A DNA stretch of 64,000 nucleotides from Phycisphaerales bacterium JB060 (GTDB taxonomy: Bacteria; Planctomycetota; Phycisphaerae; Phycisphaerales; UBA1924), in assembly GCA_044440025.1 (NCBI GenBank), contig JBITAF010000033.1:702-64701 (forward strand), written 5' to 3'. Each line of letters starts with the position of its first letter. The stretch's first letter is position 1. Shown one piece after another: positions 41,376-50,277 of this stretch. The notes under the pieces are model-generated. The model ran no database searches. It had not been told where the DNA came from and worked only from the letters and a program-made list of their open reading frames with translations. The translations under genes were made by a program, and so were the position numbers.

Positions 41376-42785
41376 TCACTCACCGACGACGCGCTTGCGT
41401 CGCAGCACGTGGTGATAGTGCCGCGCAAAACGGTGTGCCTCGTCGCGCACCTGCTGGCACAAGCGCAGCCCGAAGTTCTCGCGTCCAAGCCGGATCGGCT
41501 CGCTCCGCTCCTGCACGTGGATGAGTTCTTCCTTTTTGGCCAGTGAGATCACCATTGGCGCGGGCACGTCCATCTCGCGCAGCGCTTCCATCGCCGCGTG
41601 CAACTGCCCCAGCCCCCCATCGATCAGGATCACGTCGGGATACAGCTCGTGCCCGGCCCCGGCCTCGCGATACCTCCGCGAGATCACCTCGCGGATGGAC
41701 GCATAATCATCGTTGCCCGTGCCCTTGATCTTGTACCGCCGATACTCGCTCTTGAATGGCCGGCCGTCGACGAAGCACACCTTGCTGGCCACCGTCTCGT
41801 TGCCGCCCAGGTGCGCGATGTCGAAGCCCTCGACAACCCTCGGCGGCTCGTCGAGCCCCAGCGTCTTCTGCAGGCTGCGCATGCCCTTCTCGGGCTCGAC
41901 GTAGCCGATCTCGGTCTCGGGCTGCCAGCCATCGCGCTTGCTCGAGCGCTCCTCCAGTTTCTCGATCGCCGCGATCTGGTCGCGCAGCTCCGCCGCCCGT
42001 TCGAACTCCAGCTTCTCGCTCGCCTCGACCATCTCCTTGCGCAACTCGCGGAGCATCTGGCTGCGCTTGCTGCCCATGAACCGCACGAAGCGATCCACCT
42101 GCTCGCCATAGGCCGTCAGCGTCACCTTCTCAGCGCACGGCGCCGTGCATTGGCCGATGCTGTACAAGAGGCAAGGCCGGAAGTACTTGTTCTTCGGATC
42201 TCCCTCCACGATGTCCAGCTTGCAGTCGCGGAACTTGAACACCCGCTGGGCCACCTGCACCGCCTCGCGCAGCGCGCCCGCGTTCACGAACGGGCCGAAC
42301 ACCTTCGCGCCCTTCATGTACTCGGGCGTCGTGCCATCGGGCCGTACGCCCGCGGGGTTGCGCGTCACGAATACCCGCGGGAAGTCCTCGCGCTGCGTGA
42401 CGACCAGGTATGGGAATGTTTTGTCGTCGGTCAGCCGGACGTTGAACCGTGGGCGGATGTCCTTGATGAGCCTGTTCTCGGTCAGCAGCGCCTCGAACTC
42501 GGTCTCGCACTCGATGAACTCGAAATCCTGAACAACGTCGAGCATCGGGCCCTTGGCCGGCCCCAGGTCGGTGCTGGGCACGAAGTAGCTGGCTACACGG
42601 TCGGGCAGCTTGCGCGCCTTGCCAACGTACACCACCACGTCCTTGGCATCTTTCATCAGATACACGCCCGGCACCGTCGGCAGCGAGCGCGCACGCTTCA
42701 GCAGCCGAGCCAGCCGCTCGGTCCGCTCGTCGGCATCCTCCTGATCGGTCCAGAAGTTCTCGTCACTCACCTGTTCGTCGGCCAC
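41376..42785 (-). CDS. uvrC: Excinuclease ABC subunit C, short form without the C-terminal (HhH)2 domain
   Basis: GIY-YIG domain (GVYLMKDAKDVVVYVGKA), UVR domain (LEFERAAELRDQIAAIEKL), and an RNase H-like domain (GFDIAHLGG...RDEAHRFA). The ORF ends about 20 aa after the last motif. Confidence 0.9.
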   Translation of the reverse strand: MADEQVSDENFWTDQEDADERTERLARLLKRARSLPTVPGVYLMKDAKDVVVYVGKARKLPDRVASYFVPSTDLGPAKGPMLDVVQDFEFIECETEFEALLTENRLIKDIRPRFNVRLTDDKTFPYLVVTQREDFPRVFVTRNPAGVRPDGTTPEYMKGAKVFGPFVNAGALREAVQVAQRVFKFRDCKLDIVEGDPKNKYFRPCLLYSIGQCTAPCAEKVTLTAYGEQVDRFVRFMGSKRSQMLRELRKEMVEASEKLEFERAAELRDQIAAIEKLEERSSKRDGWQPETEIGYVEPEKGMRSLQKTLGLDEPPRVVEGFDIAHLGGNETVASKVCFVDGRPFKSEYRRYKIKGTGNDDYASIREVISRRYREAGAGHELYPDVILIDGGLGQLHAAMEALREMDVPAPMVISLAKKEELIHVQERSEPIRLGRENFGLRLCQQVRDEAHRFARHYHHVLRRKRVVGE

Positions 42786-42812
42786 AGCCCGATTGTACGA
42801 CCGCCGCCCGCC

Positions 42813-43358
42813 TCACCCGCCCGGGCGCGCGCCGCGCATGGAGGTATCCCTCTTTCCCGACCGCGCCGAATCGGCCTCGGCCGACATCGCGCGTTCCTGA
42901 TCATGCTGCTGCACCATGGCCGCGGGGTTCAGCGTGCCCTGGCGCTCAGCCTTGGCCCGCTCGGCCGCTGCACGCAGCGCCGCATCGCGTTCCAGGTCGG
43001 CGGTGGTCAGCCCCGTGCCTCGGAACATCCCGAGGCCGAACACCAGCACCAGCACCACGACCAGCACCAGCGACGCTCCGGCCCCGAACGCGGCAACGAC
43101 CAGCTTGGGGCTCATCGACCCACCCTCGAAGCCCTCGCGCCACGCCGTCACGCGCTCGCCCCAGCGATCACGCAGCGGCGGCTTGTCGCCGGCACGCTGG
43201 AAGCGCTCGAACAGCCCGCCGGTGGCCACGCGGTTGCTCAGCCGTCGCTTGGCCTCGCCGCCGGCGTTGAGCGCGCCATCGATCTTGCGACCAATCTCCG
43301 CGAAGCTGTCCTCGAACTCACGCCTGCCCATGGGGCCCTCCAGCCGCTCCCACTCCAT
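42813..43358 (-). CDS. Hypothetical single-pass membrane protein
   Basis: TM segment LVVAAFGAGASLVLVVVLVLVFGLGMF. Start at MEWERLEG (CAT 43356-43358) or MGRREF (43331). Confidence 0.45.
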   Translation of the reverse strand: MEWERLEGPMGRREFEDSFAEIGRKIDGALNAGGEAKRRLSNRVATGGLFERFQRAGDKPPLRDRWGERVTAWREGFEGGSMSPKLVVAAFGAGASLVLVVVLVLVFGLGMFRGTGLTTADLERDAALRAAAERAKAERQGTLNPAAMVQQHDQERAMSAEADSARSGKRDTSMRGARPGG

Positions 43359-43428
43359 TGTATCGGAAACCAGCGGGGATCGGACCACCACTCGCACGCC
43401 CGAAAACGCTGCCGAGATACACTGGTCC

Positions 43429-44340
43429 ATGCCCGACGACGCCCCAGCCGAGCCCGAGCTGCTCGACCACGCCCCGCCAGGGGCCATGTGCCTTGGCTGC
43501 CGCTACGACATCAGCGGCATGGACATCCGCGCCAAGTGCCCCGAGTGCGGCGACCGCATCGCGCCCTCGGTCAACTTCATCAGTCTTGAGCATTCGCCGC
43601 CTCCCTTCCTGGCCGCCCTCGACTCGGCCACCCGCGGACTCAACAAGGCCTCGCTCATCGCGGTGTCCGGCCTGGCACTGCTCTGCGCCAGCTACGCGCT
43701 CAGCGGCAAGGGCCTGCCCCCGCGGGCCGTCTTCTTCGGCACGATCTTCGGCACCGCACTGCTGTTGGTCTCTCTCGGTGTTGCCGGCGTGCATCAGTGG
43801 GCGCTCACCGCCGAGCGGCGGCCGGGCGAGGAGCAGAAAGCCAAGGCCTTCCGCACGGCTATCCGCGTCATGCTCGGCATCGCCGCGGGTACGGCCGTTG
43901 TCTCCTGCGTGCTGTTTGCGCTCTCCGGCGCGGGCCGGTTTCCGATGACTACAAACGGGATGAACTTCTTCCTCATCCTCTGGATGTCCTTCGTATTCGT
44001 GCCCGCCTATACCGTGTTCTACCTGCAACTGCTCGCCCAGCGAAGCCGCCACCTCAGCCCGAAGGTGCTCATGGGCCTGGCCCTGGTGTGCATGGCGCCC
44101 ATGATCACAATGCCCCAGATCCTTTCCTTCGGCAGCGGGGGCATCCTGAAACTCTTCGGCGTGCCATATACCAGCCGGCTTCCCGCGACCGGTCTGTTGC
44201 CGATCGATTCCGCGTACGTCTGGCCGCTCTCGATGGCGGTGAGCATCGTCGTCGCCCTTATTGCCATCGCCTACTTCCGCAAGGGCCTGGGCTTTACCGC
44301 TACTTCGGAAGGTCAACCCCCCGCATCCCCCCGTTCGTAG
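43429..44340 (+). CDS. Polytopic membrane protein with an N-terminal zinc ribbon
   Basis: CLGCRYDISGMDIRAKCPECG followed by at least 6 TM segments. Start at the internal ATG 43429. Confidence 0.6.
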   Translation: MPDDAPAEPELLDHAPPGAMCLGCRYDISGMDIRAKCPECGDRIAPSVNFISLEHSPPPFLAALDSATRGLNKASLIAVSGLALLCASYALSGKGLPPRAVFFGTIFGTALLLVSLGVAGVHQWALTAERRPGEEQKAKAFRTAIRVMLGIAAGTAVVSCVLFALSGAGRFPMTTNGMNFFLILWMSFVFVPAYTVFYLQLLAQRSRHLSPKVLMGLALVCMAPMITMPQILSFGSGGILKLFGVPYTSRLPATGLLPIDSAYVWPLSMAVSIVVALIAIAYFRKGLGFTATSEGQPPASPRS

Positions 44341-45280
44341 CCCAGAAGTACAGCGGGAACTCGCCATCGGTCCCCGCCGATCCACCAAGGGCCTCCACGC
44401 CCGAAGGCCGCCGGCTCGGGTACAGAGGCATCAGGTCGCTGGGCTGGATGCGCCCGCCCGGCAGGAACGCGTCGCTGCCGGTCGCCGCCTCGCCGATCTT
44501 CCGCATGTCGGCCTGCCGGACACCACCGTCCCCTGTCGCCACGTGCGGCCTGGCCTCGGGGTTGCACCAGCTTGGCGACATCTTCTGTCTCGTCGCCCCG
44601 CCGCCGCTGATGGCCACGCGGTTGTTCTTCGCAAAGTCGGCCCGCTCCCACAGCAGCACCTTGTCGGCCGGCTGGGCCATGCTCGCCGCCGACATCGGCG
44701 CCAGCGTGCCAGGCCCCATCGCCGCCCGCGTGCCAGCCCCAAAGCGGCTGGGCGCGCTCCACATCGTCGGGCTCATGTAATAGCTCGAGGGCCACAGGTA
44801 CAACCCGTCCCGGCTGTCTTGCAACGAGCGGTACTGCGCGAGCTGGTCGAGCGCCAGCCGGTCGGCCGGCGAGAACTGCACCTCGGTGTCCCTTCCGCCC
44901 TGCGAGTTCCAGTCGCTCAGCCACGAGTACCAGTACACCCCGAAGAACTCTGTGCTCCACTCCGGCGCTGTGGGCACCTCGAAGTTCCAAACCGGCTCGT
45001 CCTGCGTGGTGTGCAGCGCATCGCTCCACACCGAGCCGGGCACGCGCCGCGCTCGGGCATCGGTTTCCGGGTCGAACGGCGTGGGGAAGAACCGCTGCTC
45101 GTGCTCGTACAACATGAGCAACTGCGACAGGCTCCGCAGATTCGCCACGCCCACCGTCGACCGCGCCGTCAGCCGGGCCCCCGCCAACGCGGGAATCAGG
45201 ATGCCCATCAGGATCCCGATAATCGAGATCACCACCAGCAGCTCGATCAGCGTGAAGCCACGCGCCCTGTCCGAAGCCAT
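44300..45280 (-). CDS. Prepilin-type N-terminal cleavage/methylation domain protein (DUF1559-like pseudopilin)
   Basis: MASDRARGFTLIELLVVISIIGILMGILIPAL. Its 3' end overlaps the convergent gene by 41 nt. Confidence 0.85.
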   Translation of the reverse strand: MASDRARGFTLIELLVVISIIGILMGILIPALAGARLTARSTVGVANLRSLSQLLMLYEHEQRFFPTPFDPETDARARRVPGSVWSDALHTTQDEPVWNFEVPTAPEWSTEFFGVYWYSWLSDWNSQGGRDTEVQFSPADRLALDQLAQYRSLQDSRDGLYLWPSSYYMSPTMWSAPSRFGAGTRAAMGPGTLAPMSAASMAQPADKVLLWERADFAKNNRVAISGGGATRQKMSPSWCNPEARPHVATGDGGVRQADMRKIGEAATGSDAFLPGGRIQPSDLMPLYPSRRPSGVEALGGSAGTDGEFPLYFWATNGGMRGVDLPK

Positions 45281-45459
45281 CAGGCCCCCTTTGACCATCC
45301 CAAAGCCGATGCGATCCACCCCCCACACCGTACTACGCCCTGCCACGCTTCGGGTTGCATGCCGGTTTCCCAGACGCCGGCCTCCACCCTATTGAGACTC
45401 CGTCTCAACACGATACCATGTGCTTCGATTTTTCCATGCACCAAGGAGCCGCCCCGCCT

Positions 45460-46419
45460 ATGCCCCTCCGAGCAGCCCTCCCCGCGTTCTGTGCCGCCCT
45501 TGCCCTTATCTTCCTGGCCGCGTGCGAGGAACAAGCCGATCCCGCGGCCACTCCCAGCACTTCCACCACCTCGACCCAGCAGGCCACTCCCCGGGATCCA
45601 CAGCCCGCGAGCGAGACGGCCGACACCCCCCGCGTGGCCGCCCTGTTGCCCTTCGCCGCCGACCAGCTCATCGCCCTGGGCGTCCAGCCCGTCCTCGTCC
45701 CCGCCCTCCGCGGCGGGCAGCCCGAGGCCTGGCAGGGCATCGAGACGGGCGCCCTCGACCATTCGGTGGGCCCCAATCTCGAGCAGCTCATCGCCGCCGA
45801 CCCCGACGTGGTCATCATGAGCGCCGTCTACACCCAGTTCGTGCCCCAGATCGAATCGACCACCGACGCCCGCATCATCACCATGGACGCCGACACGCTC
45901 GAAGACGTCCGCACCCACACGCGCACCATCGGCGAACTTGTCGGTAAGCCCGACCAGGCCGACGCATGGATCGCCGACTTCAACGCGCAAATGGCCTCCA
46001 GCGAACCCGTCGAATCCGCCGGCGACCCCATCAGCGTGCTGGCCGTACTTGGCTCACCGCAGTCCTTCTATGCCTTCCTCCCCGACAGCTACATGGGCGA
46101 CCTGGTCGAGACCGCCGGCGGGCGACTCATTACCAGCGACATGACCGGCCATCGCTTCTATCGCGGTATGGCTCCGTTGAGCATGGAAGCCGTCGTGCAG
46201 AAGGACCCCGATGTGATCCTGGTGGTGTTCCACGGCCCCGAGCGCGCGGCCCGCGCATTGTTCGATCGTGATCCGCTGTGGGGGGAACTGACCGCCATCA
46301 AGGACGACCACATCGCCTTCCTGTCCGAAGACCTCTTCGCCATGCGCGCGGGCTCGCAGGCCGCAACCGCGCTCGAGAACGTTCGCACCGCCATCGAGAA
46401 CGCCAAGCCCAGCCCCTGA
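45460..46419 (+). CDS. ABC transporter substrate-binding lipoprotein (FecB/BtuF-like, iron-chelate or cobalamin class)
   Basis: AAGGAG at 45443-45448, then ATG 45460. Lipobox LIFLAAC. Periplasmic binding fold blocks VAALLPFAADQLIALGV and PDVVIM. Confidence 0.8.
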   Translation: MPLRAALPAFCAALALIFLAACEEQADPAATPSTSTTSTQQATPRDPQPASETADTPRVAALLPFAADQLIALGVQPVLVPALRGGQPEAWQGIETGALDHSVGPNLEQLIAADPDVVIMSAVYTQFVPQIESTTDARIITMDADTLEDVRTHTRTIGELVGKPDQADAWIADFNAQMASSEPVESAGDPISVLAVLGSPQSFYAFLPDSYMGDLVETAGGRLITSDMTGHRFYRGMAPLSMEAVVQKDPDVILVVFHGPERAARALFDRDPLWGELTAIKDDHIAFLSEDLFAMRAGSQAATALENVRTAIENAKPSP

Positions 46420-46426
46420 ACGACGA

Positions 46427-47476
46427 ATGACCACCCTTTCGGCGGGCCAGCAAGCGACGATCACCCCCGCCACGCGGCCCGCGTGGCGTCGCTTCGTGAC
46501 GCCCGCCGCCATCGTGCTCATCCTCGTGCTTGGGCTCGCCCTATCGCTCGCGCTCGGAGCCGTCCGCATCCCGCTGGCCGACGTCGTCGCCACGCTCACC
46601 GGCTCGGGCGAGGGCACGAGCGAACGCATCATCATGAACGCCCGCCTGCCGCGAGCACTGGTCGCATTGCTGGCCGGCGCCAACCTCGCCGTCGCCGGCG
46701 TGCTGCTCCAGGGCGTCACACGCAACCCCCTCGCAGACCCGGGCATCATCGGCGTGACTGCTGGCGCGGGTGTCAGCGCCACCGTCGTGCTGGCGGCATT
46801 CCCAGGCGCCGCCCACGCCCTGCCCCTGGCCGCCTTCCTGGGCGCCATGGCCTCGGCCGTCTTCGTCTACGCCGTAAGCTGGACGCCCGGCGGCGCGGGC
46901 AAGGGTGGCACGAGCCCCGTCCGCATGGTCCTCGCGGGCGTGGCCGTCAACGCCATCCTCGGCGCCGTCATCGGCGTGCTCATCACCGCGTTCGCCGACC
47001 GCATCCCCGCCGTCATGTTCTGGACCGCCGGCTCCTTCAACGGCCGCGGCTGGAGCCACCTCTGGATGGTGCTGCCCTACTCCATCGTGGGCCTCACGAT
47101 CGCGTTCCTCCTCCGCTCACGCGTGCGCATCCTCGAACTGGGCGATGACACCGCCAGCACCATGGGCATCTCGGTCGAACGAACGCGCCTGCTCGCCTTC
47201 GCCGCCGCCGCCCTGCTTGCCGGCTCGGCCGCCAGCGTTGCCGGCCTGGTCGGCTTCGTCGGCCTGGTGGTTCCCCACCTGGTCCGCCTGGCCATGGGCT
47301 CCAACCGCCTGATCGTGCCCGTCAGCGCCTTCGCCGGCGGCGCATTGCTCTTGTGGGCCGACCTCGCCGCCCGTACCGTGCTCGCTCCGAGCGAGTTGCC
47401 CGTGGGCGTCGTCACCGGCCTCGTCGGCGGCCCGTACTTCATCTTTTTGCTCTACAAATCCGGGTGGCTGCGATGA
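46427..47476 (+). CDS. FecCD-family ABC permease
   Basis: ARLPRALVALLAGANLAVAGVLLQGVTRNPLADPGIIG and 9-10 TM segments. Confidence 0.9.
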   Translation: MTTLSAGQQATITPATRPAWRRFVTPAAIVLILVLGLALSLALGAVRIPLADVVATLTGSGEGTSERIIMNARLPRALVALLAGANLAVAGVLLQGVTRNPLADPGIIGVTAGAGVSATVVLAAFPGAAHALPLAAFLGAMASAVFVYAVSWTPGGAGKGGTSPVRMVLAGVAVNAILGAVIGVLITAFADRIPAVMFWTAGSFNGRGWSHLWMVLPYSIVGLTIAFLLRSRVRILELGDDTASTMGISVERTRLLAFAAAALLAGSAASVAGLVGFVGLVVPHLVRLAMGSNRLIVPVSAFAGGALLLWADLAARTVLAPSELPVGVVTGLVGGPYFIFLLYKSGWLR

Positions 47477-48333
47477 CACTCCAGGCCCACGACCTCGCGA
47501 TCGACCTCCCGCCCCGCCGCGTGCTTGCCGGCGTGAACGTCACGATCGAGCCGGGGGAGATGGTCGCCATCGTCGGTCCCAACGGCTCGGGCAAGTCCAC
47601 GCTCCTGCGCGCCCTGGCGGGCCTGCTCCGCCCCGCCGCTGGCAGCGTCACGCTCGACGCCAAACCCCTGCACCGCTACCCCAAGCGCGCCCTGGCCCGC
47701 CGCCGCGGCCGGCTCGCCCAATCGGCCGACCTCCCCCAGCTCACGACCGTGCGCGAACACGTGGCCATGGGCCGCCACGCCCACGCCAGCGCCCTCAGCG
47801 CCCTCTTCAAGTCGGGAGACCAGCAGGCCCATATCGCCGCCATCGACACCGCCATGGACCGCTGCGGCATCGCCCACCTGGCCGACCGCCGCATGGAGGC
47901 CCTCTCCGGCGGCGAGCGCCAACGCGTCCGCCTGGCCACCACACTCGCCCAGGAGCCCGCCGTCCTCATGCTCGACGAGCCGCTGACGGGCCTGGACATC
48001 GAGCACCAGCTCAGCCTGCTCGACCTGCTCAAGGAACTCAACACCGCCACCGGCGTCACCGTCATCTGCGTCATCCACGAACTGGGCTTGGCCCTGCGGC
48101 ACTTCCCCCGCATCCTGGCCGTCCACGACGGCGGTATCGCGGCGGATGGCACGGGCCGCCAGGTCATGACCACCCCCACCCTCCGCACCGTCTTCGGCGT
48201 CGAGGGCTGCGCCTGCTACGACCTGCCCGACCACCCCGTGGTCGTCTGCAAGAGCCCTGGAGACTGCGCTGCCGGTCGCGAACTGCCCCAGGTCATAACC
48301 CCTAGCCTCGACCGCCAGCCAATCACCCGATAA
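47473..48333 (+). CDS. ABC transporter ATP-binding protein (FecE-like)
   Basis: GPNGSGKSTLL, LSGGERQRV and LMLDEP. The ATG overlaps the permease stop (ATGA). Confidence 0.9.
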   Translation: MTLQAHDLAIDLPPRRVLAGVNVTIEPGEMVAIVGPNGSGKSTLLRALAGLLRPAAGSVTLDAKPLHRYPKRALARRRGRLAQSADLPQLTTVREHVAMGRHAHASALSALFKSGDQQAHIAAIDTAMDRCGIAHLADRRMEALSGGERQRVRLATTLAQEPAVLMLDEPLTGLDIEHQLSLLDLLKELNTATGVTVICVIHELGLALRHFPRILAVHDGGIAADGTGRQVMTTPTLRTVFGVEGCACYDLPDHPVVVCKSPGDCAAGRELPQVITPSLDRQPITR

Positions 48334-48418
48334 CGCCTAACGCGCAAATCCTGCGCTCCCGACAAGTTTTTGGCGAATCGAACTCAAGCGGCCCCAGGAC
48401 ACGTTCGATAACCCGGGT

Positions 48419-49549
48419 ATGGCACCCCAGAATACCAACCAAGCCGTCGCTCACAGCGAGAACAAGAGCCAGCCCAAGGCCGCCCAGGCCAGCAGCGGAC
48501 GCCAGCCCTTCAAGCTCACGGCCCTGCACCCCAGAGCCGGCAAGGCGTCGTCGGCCGGCATCGCCCCAAACCTGCTGGGCGAGCTCGCCGGCCTGGTGCC
48601 CGGCAGCCTCACGAGCGGCTACGGCCCGGACCTTGGCATGCTCCCCAAGGCCAAGCCCGAGCAGCCCCAGCGGGACAAGCCGGCAACGCCCAGCCAGAAG
48701 CGCAAGTCCAAGGCCAGCACCGAGAGCAAGCCCCAGCCCGCCAAGCGCATGACCGCCGAAGAGGCCCGCGCCTTCCTCATGGGCTCCCAGGCCCCCGCCG
48801 GCGCCAACCCCGAGCCCCGGCCCATGCGCACCCCGCCCATTCCCAAGAGCATCCGCGACCTGCGCCTGCCAGGCTTCACCAGCGTCTACGAGCTGCTCCC
48901 AGACGAGCCGCGACTGTTCGCCCTCGAGTCGGTCTACGGCCGGTGGGACGGCAAGATCCTCGTCCTCGACTCGGCGCCCACCCACGTCCAGGTCGTCAAG
49001 GCCCGACTGGAGCGCAAGACCCTGCGTCCGTACTGCCAGCACGAGACCCCAGCCACCTACGGGCTGGCCCGCCTGGCCTTTCCCCTGGCCAGCCGCGGCG
49101 TGCTCGCGGGCACCGTCTACGGCCCGCTGCTGGTCAACTCCAACGGCCGCGACGACCTGCGTGCCAAGCGAGACGAGCACCGCAAGGCCGTCGCGCCCAC
49201 CCTGCGATTCGTCATCAAGAACATGCCCAACGTCAAGGCCGTGGTCTGCCTGGGCGTCACCGCGTATGAGTTTGTGCTGCACGCCATGACCGGCAAGGTC
49301 AGCAAGCCCGACACGCTCCCCCGCTGGCCCCAGGACTTCGACGCCACCGAGCCCGTGCGACCCATCTTCGGCGGGCCCACCGTCTTCCTCACCTGCCGCA
49401 CCTCGCCCGACGCCATCCACCGCCGCGGCGGGGAGACCAAGGCCGTCGAAGACTGGCAGGCCGTCGCCGACCACCTGGCCCACCAGGAACGCCCCCGCGC
49501 CCTCAAGAGCCTGGGCCGGGGCAAGGTCATCCGCGACGAAGCGGCCTAG
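48419..49549 (+). CDS. Hypothetical protein: disordered Lys/Pro-rich N-terminal half plus a UDG-superfamily-like C-terminal domain with degenerate motifs; paralog of the next gene
   Basis: Residues from PPIPKSIRDLRLPGFTSVYELLPDEPRLFALES align with the start of the next ORF. The motif positions read VLDSAP and CRTSPDA. Confidence 0.55.
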   Translation: MAPQNTNQAVAHSENKSQPKAAQASSGRQPFKLTALHPRAGKASSAGIAPNLLGELAGLVPGSLTSGYGPDLGMLPKAKPEQPQRDKPATPSQKRKSKASTESKPQPAKRMTAEEARAFLMGSQAPAGANPEPRPMRTPPIPKSIRDLRLPGFTSVYELLPDEPRLFALESVYGRWDGKILVLDSAPTHVQVVKARLERKTLRPYCQHETPATYGLARLAFPLASRGVLAGTVYGPLLVNSNGRDDLRAKRDEHRKAVAPTLRFVIKNMPNVKAVVCLGVTAYEFVLHAMTGKVSKPDTLPRWPQDFDATEPVRPIFGGPTVFLTCRTSPDAIHRRGGETKAVEDWQAVADHLAHQERPRALKSLGRGKVIRDEAA

Positions 49550-49604
49550 AAGCACAACTCCACCCCAACGAGGCCCGGGCGCAAGCCCGGGCTTTCACAC
49601 TTCA

Positions 49605-50243
49605 ATGAGCACCACGCCGCCAATCCCGGAAACGATTCGGAACCTGAGGGTGGATGGCTACACCAACGTCTACGAACTTGTACCAGACGCAACACGGCTC
49701 TTTGGCACCGAATCGCTCTTTGGAGACTGGCAATCGCCGGTGTTGCTGCTTGCTCAAGACTTTGCCAACTCAAGCTTTATCCGCAGGCGGATCGAAACGA
49801 ATCACCACGATCCCTACAGCCACGATTGCATGCTGCGCACCAACAAGAACCTGTATCGACTTGCGCGCGATGTCGTAACTGACGGTGCCCTATACGGGTC
49901 GGCTTTGGGTCCAATGCTCAAAGACACCGATGGCATGAGCACCTCACTTCCCAATCGAAAAAAAGCCTTTCAAGCCGCATCAGTAATCCTGCGATTCACG
50001 ATCAGGAACATGCCGAATCTCCGTACCATCGTCTGCATGGGCGGTGTCGCGTGTTCATCGATCCAACACACGTTCTTTCCGACCAGCTCGCACGCGTTGC
50101 CATTCAAGCCGGGCCAAGCACCAATACCACTCCCAGGGAGTGACATACTCGTCTTCACGACCTTTCATCCGGCGGCCCGGGTGAGCACGGAACGCGCTCA
50201 TGAAGCCTGGCGCGCTATCGCCCGTACCTCCCGGGCGGGCTGA
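49605..50243 (+). CDS. Uracil-DNA glycosylase superfamily-like protein (atypical motif A)
   Basis: Order of blocks resembles family-4-type UDGs: VLLLAQDFAN (motif A position), LYGSALGPML, TIVCMGGVA, VFTTFHPAARV (HPAA-type motif B). The segment is visibly lower in GC. Confidence 0.55.
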   Translation: MSTTPPIPETIRNLRVDGYTNVYELVPDATRLFGTESLFGDWQSPVLLLAQDFANSSFIRRRIETNHHDPYSHDCMLRTNKNLYRLARDVVTDGALYGSALGPMLKDTDGMSTSLPNRKKAFQAASVILRFTIRNMPNLRTIVCMGGVACSSIQHTFFPTSSHALPFKPGQAPIPLPGSDILVFTTFHPAARVSTERAHEAWRAIARTSRAG

Positions 50244-50277
50244 ACCTGCCATGCCCCCTCTTCCCAATGCCTAATCC

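Noticed and set aside
45281-45459. Cobalamin riboswitch upstream of the BtuF/FecB-like ABC operon
   Set aside because: CCCAGACGCCGGCC vaguely resembles a B12 box. I could not find the GGGAA/GGTGAAA core elements or a convincing multi-stem fold. This would need a covariance-model (Rfam RF00174) scan.
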